A stretch of DNA of 64,000 nucleotides, from positions 158 to 64,157 of the forward strand of contig JBCDGW010000009.1 in assembly GCA_038750765.1 (NCBI GenBank). Reading direction: 5' to 3'. This stretch comes from Pseudomonadota bacterium (GTDB lineage: Bacteria; Pseudomonadota; Alphaproteobacteria; Rhodobacterales; Rhodobacteraceae). Made by a program: the position numbers and the translations under genes. Below the pieces are notes generated by a model. It ran no database searches. It was not told the origin of the DNA and worked only from the letters and a program-made list of their open reading frames with translations. Of this stretch, positions 10,967 through 20,777 are shown piece by piece. How positions within the stretch are numbered: position 1 is the stretch's first letter; every line of letters begins with the position of its first letter.

Positions 10967-11314
10967 ATGGCAGATCAGTTGCGCATGGCTTTCGAGGGCG
11001 GTGATGCGGAAGCGTCGCGGGATCAGCAGGTTGCTGAGTATCTGAGGCTCACCCGAGAGGTGATGCCACAACTTGCACGAGCGGACCGGCGCGATTGGCC
11101 CGTCAGCGCCGATCATTGCTTTCAGCGTATCGTCCTCGACAATATCTGCGGCGGCACGTGGTACGAGAGTCTCCGTCGCCCAGCCTACAAACACATGACT
11201 TCTGCACAGGCGAATGCTGCAGTGCAGCTATGTCGAGACATCATCGACGGCCGCGCAGATTTGGCCGAGCTAAACGCCCAATCGCTCATTTGGCGGGGAA
11301 AACGCGTTGAATAG
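10967..11314 (+). CDS. Small hypothetical protein
   Basis: 115-aa ORF with protein-like composition (WPVSADHCFQRIVLDNICGGTW...LNAQSLIWRGK). Confidence 0.7.
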   Translation: MADQLRMAFEGGDAEASRDQQVAEYLRLTREVMPQLARADRRDWPVSADHCFQRIVLDNICGGTWYESLRRPAYKHMTSAQANAAVQLCRDIIDGRADLAELNAQSLIWRGKRVE

Positions 11315-11530
11315 CGCCATTTGTATGCTGCGGCGTACCATTTAGTGCGCGTGGGGCTGGTAACGGTTTCGTGAGGGCTCGCTCATTCGCGGCGTTTTGA
11401 CGCGGGATCCGACTTGTTTGCCGCACAGCAGCACTAAATCCTCATCAGCAATGACGAATGGCGGACCGCCGGCCACACGGCGTCTCCATGTCTCAAGCCG
11501 AACAAACATATTTATTGAACGGAGACGACA

Positions 11531-12019
11531 ATGGCTGACAATGCCACTTATTCGAGTACTGCCGCTTCGATCCGCGGCACCCTCATGACCCAACTGGATG
11601 CTGCCCGCGCGGTTGGCCAAGTTCCCGGCTTCACATGGACCGATCGTGTGGCGCATTGGGGCTTGCGCGTCCCGCTTGCCGCGCTGCTGTTGGTTTATGG
11701 TTTTCAAAAGTTTCCCGACGCATTTGTCGCCCCCGGCGATTATGGCGTCCCCGCGCTGCTCTTTATTCTTGCGGCGTTTGCAGAAATTCTGGGGCCGGTT
11801 GCCCTGCTAGCGGGCGGCGTCGTCGAGACGTGGAAGCCCAAAAACACCACTCACCGCCTAATCGGTGACGCATTGACCCGAGGCGGTGCCTTCGCCGGTC
11901 TCGCCGCTGTCATGGGCGTGATCTTCTACTTCTACTGGGGCGCACTGACCTGGGATGACCCGCACGTTGTGCTGCTTGGTCTCTCGGCGTTCTTGCTGCT
12001 TCGTGGCAACCGCTACTAA
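11531..12019 (+). CDS. DoxX-family membrane protein
   Basis: LRVPLAALLLVYGFQKF...AEILG pattern, 4 TM helices, GGAG RBS. Confidence 0.75.
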   Translation: MADNATYSSTAASIRGTLMTQLDAARAVGQVPGFTWTDRVAHWGLRVPLAALLLVYGFQKFPDAFVAPGDYGVPALLFILAAFAEILGPVALLAGGVVETWKPKNTTHRLIGDALTRGGAFAGLAAVMGVIFYFYWGALTWDDPHVVLLGLSAFLLLRGNRY

Positions 12020-12053
12020 TTTTAAGATCAGCCGATCTAACGGCTTGTCGAAG

Positions 12054-12084
12054 AAAGCGCGCCCCAACGGCGCGCTTTTTTTTT
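12054..12084 (+). terminator. Rho-independent terminator after the DoxX gene
   Basis: AAAGCGCGCC-CCAAC-GGCGCGCTTT followed by a T run. Confidence 0.85.
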
Positions 12085-12125
12085 GACACGAGAAACCGGT
12101 TGGATACGCTGAGGGGCATAAACCG

Positions 12126-12872
12126 ATGCCGAGTTATGCGACACCATCCGTTTTGCCTGACAGCAGCGCAGCCCCTGCGGTATGCGCCGCCTGCGCAGTA
12201 CGAAACTCCAGCCTATGCGGGGTGCTCTCGGATGGTGAGATTGGCGATCTGAACGCCATTGCACACCGGAAACGCCTACAGCCAGGACAGTTTCACGTGC
12301 TGGAGGGTGATCGATCGGTCGAGTTCGCCAACGTGACATCTGGGGTCGCGAAACTGGTGCGTGGCTCTGGCGATGGGCGCACGCAGATCGTCGGCTTGTT
12401 GTTTCCGTCGGACTTTATTGGCGGGGCGCTTGGGACGTCCGCGCACCGACAGGAGCCGCACTCCATCGAAGCGGCGTCACCGTTAGAATTGTGCCTTTTC
12501 CCGCGGGACGGGTTTCAGCGATTGATGCGGCGCTATCCTGCGTTGGAACACAAACTGTTAGAGCGCACGCTGACCGATCTGGAGGTGGCGCGGGAATGGA
12601 TGGTGCTGCTAGGCCGCAAAACCGCGCAAGAGCGCGTGGCCACGTTTCTTCTCTATGTCGCGGACCGCATGGCGCGCCACGGATGCCACGCTGGCCTTGG
12701 GTTTGACCTGCCGCTTGGGCGTTCTGACATTGCCGACCATATCGGGCTGACCCTCGAGACCGTCAGTCGTCAGATCACCAAGTTGCGCAGTGACGGCATC
12801 CTCGAGATGCACGGCGCGCGCCACGTATTGGCTGTTGACCGCGACCGGTTGGCCGAACGCGCCGGATTTTGA
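12126..12872 (+). CDS. Crp/Fnr-family regulator, FnrL/FnrN-like with Fe-S Cys cluster
   Basis: N-terminal C-x2-C-x7-C (CAACAVRNSSLC), central ELCLF Cys, HTH with IGLTLETVSR. Confidence 0.88.
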   Translation: MPSYATPSVLPDSSAAPAVCAACAVRNSSLCGVLSDGEIGDLNAIAHRKRLQPGQFHVLEGDRSVEFANVTSGVAKLVRGSGDGRTQIVGLLFPSDFIGGALGTSAHRQEPHSIEAASPLELCLFPRDGFQRLMRRYPALEHKLLERTLTDLEVAREWMVLLGRKTAQERVATFLLYVADRMARHGCHAGLGFDLPLGRSDIADHIGLTLETVSRQITKLRSDGILEMHGARHVLAVDRDRLAERAGF

Positions 12873-12920
12873 CCGGCACTGTTCGTTACCAGCGACGCTG
12901 TAGGCGGCTAGCCGCGGGGT

Positions 12921-13337
12921 CTATACGAGACCCAGCGCCACCTTCTGTTCCTCGGTGAAAAGGCGTGAGCGCACCAGAAAGCGCCGTTCCGTCCCGTTAT
13001 CAAGACTGAACATGCCGCCGCGACCCGGGACTACATCGAGGATCAGTTGGGTGTGCTTCCAGGCCTCAAACTGGGGGCCGGAAATGTAAAACTCCGAGCC
13101 GTCGATCTCGCCCAGCTTCACGTCTGAAGCGCCGATCCGGAACTCGCCTTTCGGGTAGCACATGGGCGAAGACCCATCGCAGCAACCGCCCGACTGGTGA
13201 AACATCACCTCCCCATGCCGCTCGCGAATTTCGCCCAACAGATCAAGCGCCGCTTCGGTTGCGCCGACGCGGGCGTTCGGATCAATCCCGGCAATCGGAT
13301 CGCCATCGGTGACGCACGTGATGGTCTGATCGTTCAT
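12921..13337 (-). CDS. DUF779 protein
   Basis: FHQSGGCCDGSSPMCY and GRGGMFSL motifs; usual position downstream of this aldehyde dehydrogenase type; GGAGG RBS. Confidence 0.9.
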   Translation of the reverse strand: MNDQTITCVTDGDPIAGIDPNARVGATEAALDLLGEIRERHGEVMFHQSGGCCDGSSPMCYPKGEFRIGASDVKLGEIDGSEFYISGPQFEAWKHTQLILDVVPGRGGMFSLDNGTERRFLVRSRLFTEEQKVALGLV

Positions 13338-13354
13338 GATACCTCCCTGTTCGC

Positions 13355-13378
13355 AAAAGGCGGGGATCGCTCCCCGCC
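13355..13378 (-). terminator. Terminator-like hairpin between aldehyde dehydrogenase and DUF779
   Basis: Minus strand GGCGGGGA-GCGA-TCCCCGCC-TTTT. Confidence 0.55.
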
Positions 13379-13446
13379 AGTTACATAGTGCGTTTCGCAC
13401 TGCATAGTATGGCGCAAGACCTTCCGTCCTGCGCCATGCTTCGAGC

Positions 13447-14970
13447 CTAGAAGAAGCCCATCTTGTTGGGGTTGTAGCTTACCAGCATGTTCTTGGTCTG
13501 CTGGTAATGGTCGAGCATCATGCGGTGGTTTTCGCGGCCAACACCCGACTGCTTGTAGCCACCGAACGCGGCATGGGCCGGGTACAGGTGATAGCAGTTG
13601 GTCCAGACCCGACCAGCCTTGATCGCGCGACCGAACCGATAGCAACGATTGGCATCGCGTGACCATACGCCTGCGCCCAGACCATAGAGCGTGTCATTGG
13701 CCAGGCTCAGCGCCTCGTCGTCATCTTTGAAGGTGGTCACCGACACGACCGGGCCAAAGATCTCTTCCTGGAAGACGCGCATCTTGTTGTCGCCGCGCAG
13801 GATCGTCGGGTTGATGTAGTAGCCGCCGGCCAAATCGCCCGACATCTGACGCTCAGTACCGCCGACGACAACTTCGGCGCCTTCCTGACGACCGATATCG
13901 AAGTAGCTGAGGATCTTCTCTTTCTGCTCCGAAGACGCCTGCGCGCCCATCATCGTGTCACCCTCACGCGGGTCGCCGAGGCCGATTGCCTTGGTCCGCG
14001 CGATGGCCCGCTCCATGAAGCGGTCATAGATCGATTCGTGGATCAGCGCGCGCGACGGGCAGGTGCAGACCTCGCCCTGGTTGAGCGCGAACATCACGAA
14101 ACCTTCGATTGCCTTGTCGAAATACGCGTCATCTTCGTTCGCCACATCGGGGAAGAAGATGTTGGGCGACTTGCCGCCAAGTTCCAGCGTCACCGGAATG
14201 ATGTTCTCGGCGGCATACTGCATGATCATGCGGCCGGTCGTTGTCTCACCGGTGAATGCCACTTTGGCGACGCGGTTCGATTGCGCCAGCGGCTTACCGG
14301 CTTCGAGGCCGAACCCGTTGACCACGTTCAAAACGCCCGGCGGCAGGATGTCAGCCACCAATTCGCAGAACACCATTACTGTTGCGGGTGTCTGCTCGGC
14401 AGGCTTGAGCACGACGCAGTTGCCAGCAGCCAGTGCAGGGGCCAGCTTCCAGGTCGCCATCAGCAGCGGGAAGTTCCAAGGAATGATCTGACCGACCACA
14501 CCCAGCGGCTCGTGGAAATGGTAGGCGACCGTGTCGTCGTCCAACTCACTCATCGTGCCTTCTTGGGCACGCACAACGCTTGCGAAATAGCGGAAGTGAT
14601 CGATGGCCAGCGGCAGGTCAGCGGCGCGGGTCTCCCGGATCGCTTTACCGTTGTCCCATGTTTCGCAGATCGCCAGCAGTTCCAGGTTATCTTCGAGCAC
14701 CTGCGCGATCTTCATCAGCATATTCGCGCGCTCGGTGACGCTGGTTCTCCCCCAGGCGTCAGCGGCTTTGTGCGCCGCATCGAGCGCGGCATTGATGTCT
14801 GCCTCGTTTGACCGCGCGACTTCGCCGATGCTTTGACCGGTCAGCGGGCTGGTATTGTCAAAATAGGCACCCGATTTCGGGGCAACGAATTGTCCGCCAA
14901 TAAAATTGTCGTAGCGTTTGGCAAACGGCGACGCGTGCGTCGACGCTTCAAATTGCGTCATCTCGTTCAT
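13447..14970 (-). CDS. NAD-dependent aldehyde dehydrogenase (AcoD/ExaC/AldB type)
   Basis: [20 protein letters not shown], catalytic [14 protein letters not shown]; AGGAG RBS before ATG 14970. Confidence 0.95.
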   Translation of the reverse strand: MNEMTQFEASTHASPFAKRYDNFIGGQFVAPKSGAYFDNTSPLTGQSIGEVARSNEADINAALDAAHKAADAWGRTSVTERANMLMKIAQVLEDNLELLAICETWDNGKAIRETRAADLPLAIDHFRYFASVVRAQEGTMSELDDDTVAYHFHEPLGVVGQIIPWNFPLLMATWKLAPALAAGNCVVLKPAEQTPATVMVFCELVADILPPGVLNVVNGFGLEAGKPLAQSNRVAKVAFTGETTTGRMIMQYAAENIIPVTLELGGKSPNIFFPDVANEDDAYFDKAIEGFVMFALNQGEVCTCPSRALIHESIYDRFMERAIARTKAIGLGDPREGDTMMGAQASSEQKEKILSYFDIGRQEGAEVVVGGTERQMSGDLAGGYYINPTILRGDNKMRVFQEEIFGPVVSVTTFKDDDEALSLANDTLYGLGAGVWSRDANRCYRFGRAIKAGRVWTNCYHLYPAHAAFGGYKQSGVGRENHRMMLDHYQQTKNMLVSYNPNKMGFF

Positions 14971-15200
14971 AGTGTCTCCTCCACGTTGGTTCCCGTCGGG
15001 GGCGTCTGGCTCAGCCAGTGGTATGAGCGGACGGAACCGGCCCCGCTCTATCCCTGCAACGTCACGCCGCATCATCGGGCGCGCGCTGTTCTCAACTCGC
15101 GGCAGTGTAGAGCCTTTGACCCTTCGACAAAAGCAAGTTCTATCGGGTGCGCCAACGAGTGGCACCCGGCATGAAAGCTCGATTACTTAGCCGTGTTTAT

Positions 15201-16352
15201 TCAGAGCTTTACCCAAGCCGCATTGCGCTTAGAGCTGCGCACGCAGGCATCTACGAATGCCACGCCGATCAATCCCTCATGCACATCAGGGAACACGACA
15301 TCGTCGGGCACCGGCTCACCCGCACGATGCGCAATGATGGCGTGCGCGGCTTCGGTGTAGATATTGGCGAACCCCTCTAGGTAACCCTCGGGATGGCCGG
15401 GCGGCACACGGCTTACGCGCGCTGCCGCGTCTCCAGCGCCAGCGCCGCCGCGGGTGATCAGCCGTTTGGGCTCGCCATAAGGGGTAAACCACAGGTAATT
15501 CGGGTCTTCCTGCGCCCATTCGAGCCCGCCCTTGTCACCAAAGACGCGGATGCGAAGCGCGTTTTCATTGCCGGGTGCCACCTGGCTGGCCCATAGCATA
15601 CCACGCGCGCCGCCGTCGAAACGCAGCATCACATGGGCATTGTCATCTACCTGACGCCCCGGCACGAAAGCTTGCAAATCTGCCGCGAGTTCAACGGCCG
15701 TCAGCCCGGTGATAAAGCGCGCCAGATTGTAGGCGTGGGTGCCGATATCGCCAGTGGAGCCGCCTGCGCCGGAGCGGGCAGGGTCGGTGCGCCAAGCCGC
15801 TTGTTTGAAGTCTTGGTCCTCGGTCAGCCAGTCTTGCGGATACTCTACCTGCACCACGCGCAGGGTGCCTAACGCCCCGTCGGCCACCATCTCGCGCGCT
15901 TGGCGGACCATCGGGTAGCCGGTGTAATTGTGCGTGAGCACGAACAAAGCGCCCGACCCTTCCACGGCCCGAACCAGTTTTTTGGCATCCGCCAATGTCG
16001 ATGTCAGTGGCTTGTCGCAAATGACGTGGATACCGCGTTTGAGGAACTCGCGCGCGGCCTCGTAATGCACGTGATTTGGGGTGACGATCGACACCGCTTC
16101 GATGCCATCTTTGCGCCGCGCTTCGCGGATCGCCATTTGCTTAAAGTCTTCGTAAATCCGCGGGATCCCGAGCGCGACACCGCTTTCGCGCGCCCGCTCG
16201 GGTGTGGAGGAGAGCGCGCCGGCCACCAAGTCGTAATGGTCATCAATGCGCGAGGCGATCCGATGGACCGCACCGATGAAGGCGTCGTTGCCACCGCCCA
16301 CCATGCCCAATTTGATGCGCCCGGTCTGTGTTTCGGTGCGTCCTGTGACCAT
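15201..16352 (-). CDS. Gfo/Idh/MocA-family oxidoreductase
   Basis: LGMVGGG, VTPNHVH, CDKP and DIGTH motifs. Confidence 0.9.
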   Translation of the reverse strand: MVTGRTETQTGRIKLGMVGGGNDAFIGAVHRIASRIDDHYDLVAGALSSTPERARESGVALGIPRIYEDFKQMAIREARRKDGIEAVSIVTPNHVHYEAAREFLKRGIHVICDKPLTSTLADAKKLVRAVEGSGALFVLTHNYTGYPMVRQAREMVADGALGTLRVVQVEYPQDWLTEDQDFKQAAWRTDPARSGAGGSTGDIGTHAYNLARFITGLTAVELAADLQAFVPGRQVDDNAHVMLRFDGGARGMLWASQVAPGNENALRIRVFGDKGGLEWAQEDPNYLWFTPYGEPKRLITRGGAGAGDAAARVSRVPPGHPEGYLEGFANIYTEAAHAIIAHRAGEPVPDDVVFPDVHEGLIGVAFVDACVRSSKRNAAWVKL

Positions 16353-16476
16353 CGTCTTTCCTCCCGTGCGACGCTTGCGCCGCAATCTTTCTGGTCCTAT
16401 TTGCGTGCCATGTCGGCTCGCCCAATTGCGTTGATCTTGCGTTGATTTTGAGGTGGCTGCTGCTGCCTAGGGTTTT

Positions 16477-17532
16477 CTAGGTAATCCCAAGCATGGCCCG
16501 ATTGGCCGCCTCGTCGCTACCGCCATCGGCGAAATCGTCAAAGGCGCGCTCTGTCACGCGGATAATGTGATCGGAGACAAAGGCCGCGCCCTCGCGCGCG
16601 CCGTCCTCGGGGTGTTTGAGGCAGCATTCCCATTCGACAACCGCCCAACCATCGAAGTCATTGGCCGCCATCTTCGAGAACACCGCGCCGAAATCCACCT
16701 GCCCATCGCCGAGCGAGCGAAAGCGGCCAGCGCGATCCACCCAACTCTGATAGCCGGAATAGACGCCCTGCCGCCCGGTCGGATTAAACTCTGCATCTTT
16801 GACGTGGAACATACGGATCCGGTCTTTGTAGATGTCGATATTGTCGAGGTAGTCGAGGCATTGCAGCACGTAGTGGCTGGGGTCGTAGAGCATGCAGGCG
16901 CGGGCATGATTGCCGGTGCGCTCTAGAAACATCTCATAAGTCACCCCGTCATGCAGGTCCTCGCCGGGGTGGATCTCATAACAGACATCGACACCGCAGC
17001 TTTCCGCATGATCAAGGATCGGCACCCAACGCTTTGCCAGCTCATCGAACGCGGTCTCAATGAGCCCCGCGGGCCGCTGCGGCCATGGATAGATGTAGGG
17101 CCAGGCCAGTGCGCCCGAGAAGGTAGCATGGGCGCCAATCCCCATATTATGCGATGCGCTGAGGGCTTTTTTCACCTGATCAACCGCCCATTCTTGCCGT
17201 GCCTTAGGGTTGCCGCGGACCGCCTCGGCTGCAAATCCGTCAAACGCCACATCATAGGCCGGGTGCACCGCCACCAACTGCCCTTGCAAATGCGTCGATA
17301 GCTCTGTCACCTCAATGCCGTTGCCCGCAGCGACACCTTTGATCTCATCGCAATAGTCTTTGCTTTCCGCCGCCTTTTCCAAGTCAAACAAACGGCCGTC
17401 CCAGCTTGGGATCTGCACGCCTTTATAGCCGCATTCGGCTGCCCATTTGGTGATCGCATCCCACGAGTTGAACGGGGCTTCATCTCCGGCGAACTGCGCC
17501 AGGAACAGCGCCGGGCCCTTGATGGTTTTCAT
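16477..17532 (-). CDS. Sugar phosphate isomerase/epimerase (xylose-isomerase-like TIM barrel)
   Basis: YEIHPGE, YDPSH, FHVKD and VVEWE metal-ligand motifs. Confidence 0.88.
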   Translation of the reverse strand: MKTIKGPALFLAQFAGDEAPFNSWDAITKWAAECGYKGVQIPSWDGRLFDLEKAAESKDYCDEIKGVAAGNGIEVTELSTHLQGQLVAVHPAYDVAFDGFAAEAVRGNPKARQEWAVDQVKKALSASHNMGIGAHATFSGALAWPYIYPWPQRPAGLIETAFDELAKRWVPILDHAESCGVDVCYEIHPGEDLHDGVTYEMFLERTGNHARACMLYDPSHYVLQCLDYLDNIDIYKDRIRMFHVKDAEFNPTGRQGVYSGYQSWVDRAGRFRSLGDGQVDFGAVFSKMAANDFDGWAVVEWECCLKHPEDGAREGAAFVSDHIIRVTERAFDDFADGGSDEAANRAMLGIT

Positions 17533-17706
17533 GACGTGTCTCCCTTTATCTGCCGCTCTCGGGCGGCATGTCTCTTAGCTATAGATGTCGGCGCGGATGC
17601 GTTTTCGCGCCGCTGGCGGTGAGCCTCGGCCAGGCCGATCACGGCAACATCGAGGCTGCCGGTCACTGCGGGCTTGACGCCGGTTTTGAGGCTTGGGGTG
17701 ATCAGA

Positions 17707-19326
17707 CTAAGCCACCCCGTCCTGGGCCAACGCTTCAAAGAGCAGCGCCACGGCTTCGGCGCCTGGGTCATTATGGCCCTTGAGGCTGTCTTCGGGCACA
17801 TAAGCCGCTCGCCCGGCCTTGGCGCGCAGGATCTCTGCCGTGCTGTCCGCGCCTACACGCGCAGCGGCAGCGGCCTTTGCCATCCCACCTGGAAGCGCAG
17901 CCAACGCCGGCTCTAGCGCATCGATCATCGTTCTATCGCCCACCTTAGCGCCGCCCACTTGGCGGACCCGATCCAAACCGTCGGCGAGCGCTTGGTGAAC
18001 CGAGGCGCCGTTTGCCGAGGCATCACCGGCTGCATTGAAATAGATCGCCATGATCACGCCAGACGAGCCGCCCATCGTCTGGCTGAGCGTATTGCCAAGG
18101 GCCGGGAAAAGCTGGGTCAAATCAGCAAGCGGCATGCGGTCCAGACTGTCTTTGAGTGCCCGCGCCGAAGTGGCCAAGGTGCTGCCAGTATCGCCGTCAC
18201 CCGATTTGGCGTCGAGCGTGTTTAATGCGGCCTCCGAGGCGATCAGCAAATCGGTCGCGGTCTCGATAATCTTGCGCGTTTTATCATCGCGCGAGGGGGC
18301 GTGCTCAACGGGTGTCAGCCCCTCGGGTAGCGGCACAATCGGCGGGCTGACGACGGCGTTCATACCAGGCCACGCGGCCAGATCGACCGGCGCGGCCAGG
18401 GCGTCGCGTTCCGTCGCGGTCGCGTCCATCACCGAGACAGAGAAACCGTGCATATCGAGCGAGGTCATCATCGGTGCCGGTCCGATGACATGTTTGGCCA
18501 GACCGGACGCCGCAAAAGCGTGGGTGAGCACTGACATTTCAAGCGGCGTGGTAGAGCCCAGATTGTTAATCAGCGCGACGCGTTCGCCGTCGCCACCGCC
18601 GCCCAGCATGTCAGTAACTGTCCCCATGGCTTTCGCCGCGCCCGCAAAATCCACCTGTTCCACACCCGGCTCGCCGTGGATGCCAAGGCCAAGCTCTGCC
18701 TTTCCGGGCGCGATCCGGTCTTCTTTCGTCGAGCCGGGCACCGTGCATGTATCCAAGCTCATCCCAATCGAGCGGACCTTGCCGATCACGCTTCGGGCAG
18801 CCTCGGCAACGGCCGCCAGATCCGCGCCACTTTCAGCCAAAAAGCCAGCGATTTTGTGGACGAACAGCGTACCGGCGACGCCGCGGGGCTGCGGCAGGTC
18901 AGGTAAGGCCACATCGTCATCGACCACGACCATCTCCACTTTGTGCCCCAAAGCGCGCGCACGCTCCGCTGCAAGGCCAAAGTTGAGCCGATCACCGGTG
19001 TAATTCTTCACGATCAAGAGGCAGCCCGCGTCACCGGTGACCGCTAGGATCCCGGCAAGCACCGCATCGACGGAGGGTGACGCGAAAACCTCGCCGCAAA
19101 CCGCAGCGGCTAGCATGCCGCGCCCGACAAAGCCCGCATGGGCGGGTTCATGGCCTGAGCCGCCGCCCGAGATCAATGCCACCTTGGATTTGTCCCAGTC
19201 CGAGCGGAACACCACCTTGATATGCGGGTAGCCATCGAGCCGTGATAACGCGCCGCCAGACGTCGCGAGCAAGCCGTCGATCGCTTCGGTCACCAGCGCT
19301 TCTTTGGTGTTGATGAACTGTGCCAT
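17707..19326 (-). CDS. dhaK: ATP-dependent dihydroxyacetone kinase (fused DhaK-DhaL)
   Basis: SGGGSGHEPAH, KNYTGD, GIHGEPG, GDGDTG and GDRTMID motifs. Confidence 0.92.
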   Translation of the reverse strand: MAQFINTKEALVTEAIDGLLATSGGALSRLDGYPHIKVVFRSDWDKSKVALISGGGSGHEPAHAGFVGRGMLAAAVCGEVFASPSVDAVLAGILAVTGDAGCLLIVKNYTGDRLNFGLAAERARALGHKVEMVVVDDDVALPDLPQPRGVAGTLFVHKIAGFLAESGADLAAVAEAARSVIGKVRSIGMSLDTCTVPGSTKEDRIAPGKAELGLGIHGEPGVEQVDFAGAAKAMGTVTDMLGGGGDGERVALINNLGSTTPLEMSVLTHAFAASGLAKHVIGPAPMMTSLDMHGFSVSVMDATATERDALAAPVDLAAWPGMNAVVSPPIVPLPEGLTPVEHAPSRDDKTRKIIETATDLLIASEAALNTLDAKSGDGDTGSTLATSARALKDSLDRMPLADLTQLFPALGNTLSQTMGGSSGVIMAIYFNAAGDASANGASVHQALADGLDRVRQVGGAKVGDRTMIDALEPALAALPGGMAKAAAAARVGADSTAEILRAKAGRAAYVPEDSLKGHNDPGAEAVALLFEALAQDGVA

Positions 19327-19630
19327 CGCGTCCCTCCCTCGCACCGCCCGCGCTTTTGTTCGCCGGGTTCCTAAGCGCCGCCGTGATCGTAGCTGAGGCG
19401 GTAATCGCGAGTCCACCGAATAATGAGGTGCGTTCCTCATTGGGAAAACAGCAGATTTTCAGAACTTTAGGCCGAAGATCAGCGATGGTGCCGCAGAATT
19501 ACCGTGTCACCTGCTCAGCTGTTTGCCCATCACGCTCACGCGGTGATCTGGTCACGATGCGTTGCAATCGCTGGACAGGCTGTCGCCGGTGGCTACGTCG
19601 CCGCCCACGCAGTAACCCGGAGGACCTGCC

Positions 19631-20563
19631 ATGACTTCACCCGCAAAACTGACCCGACGCGCCGCCCTTGCGGCTGGCGCGGCCCTGCCGCTCGCTGCTG
19701 GCGCCTTGTCGTCGTCACGCGCGCTGGCCGGCGGTCACGCCGCACCCCCTAACGCGATCAAAAACAGCTTTTCGCTCGGTGATTTTGAAGTGTCGACGCT
19801 TTTGGTCGGGTCTCGCGCGGTTGGCGATATCCAAACCATTTTCGGCATGAACGTGTCTGCAGAAGAATTTGCTCAAGTCAGCGAGGAAAACTTCCTGCCC
19901 GCTGACACAGCGCAGTTTTTCTTTACGCCGACGGTCGTAAACACCGGCGAAACGGTGGTGTTGTTTGATACCGGGCTTTCCGCGGGTGGCACCTTGCCCG
20001 CCCTTGAGGCCGCGGGCATCACCGCCGAAGACGTGGATACCGTTGTGATCACCCACATGCATGGTGACCATATCGGCGGTCTTTCGGGCGATGACGGTGC
20101 CGAGACCTATCCGAACGCCAGCTATTTCACGAGCCAGGTCGAGTATGATGCCTGGGCCGCTATGAGCAATGACGGTTTTGAGGCGAAGGTGCGCCCGCTT
20201 GCCGAGAAGATGAGCTTCATCGCAGACGGCGAAAGCGTTGCCTCCGGGATCACTGCGATGGCCGCGTTTGGGCATACGCCGGGCCACATGGTTTACATGC
20301 TCGAGTCAGGCGGCAAGCAGGTCTTGATCACCGCCGACATGACCAATCACTACGTGTGGTCACTGGCGTATCCCGATTGGGAGGTGCGCTTCGACATGGA
20401 TAAAGTGGCCGCGGCAGCGACACGGCGACAGGTGTTGGGCATGCTCGCGACAGATCGGATCCCGATGATCGGCTACCACATGCCCTTTCCAGCGCTGGGT
20501 TACGTCGAAACCCGCGATGACGGATTTCGCTATGTGCCTGCCAGTTATCAGATGATGCTCTAG
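19631..20563 (+). CDS. Tat-exported metallo-beta-lactamase-fold hydrolase
   Basis: TRRAAL twin-arginine signal, THMHGDHIGG, GHTPGH, GYHMPF; GGAGG RBS. Confidence 0.9.
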   Translation: MTSPAKLTRRAALAAGAALPLAAGALSSSRALAGGHAAPPNAIKNSFSLGDFEVSTLLVGSRAVGDIQTIFGMNVSAEEFAQVSEENFLPADTAQFFFTPTVVNTGETVVLFDTGLSAGGTLPALEAAGITAEDVDTVVITHMHGDHIGGLSGDDGAETYPNASYFTSQVEYDAWAAMSNDGFEAKVRPLAEKMSFIADGESVASGITAMAAFGHTPGHMVYMLESGGKQVLITADMTNHYVWSLAYPDWEVRFDMDKVAAAATRRQVLGMLATDRIPMIGYHMPFPALGYVETRDDGFRYVPASYQMML

Positions 20564-20728
20564 GGGGGCGTTTCAGTCTTAGGGTCCGCCGCCCTGGTAG
20601 TTGGGGGCTCAAAAAACCCGTTGAGGCCATACGCGCCTCAACGGACCGATCACGTTGTTCGAAGCCACTACTTCACGATGATCGGTGTTCAATTTTACGA
20701 GCGTCTCGCCGCTGGCCGATCTGGTGAA

Positions 20729-20770
20729 GATTTTAAACGTTTTCCAGCTTCGCGTTTAAAATCGATTAAG
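20729..20770. promoter_or_regulatory. Perfect 11-bp inverted repeat overlapping a CtrA-like site upstream of the diguanylate cyclase
   Basis: GATTTTAAACG (20729-20739) N13 CGTTTAAAATC (20753-20763); TTTA-N7-TTAAG at 20755-20770. Confidence 0.5.
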
Positions 20771-20777
20771 GAAATGC

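Noticed and set aside
15115-15132. FNR box upstream of the aldehyde dehydrogenase (TTGAC-CCTTC-GACAA)
   Set aside because: The spacer is 5 nt rather than 4 and the second half-site is imperfect
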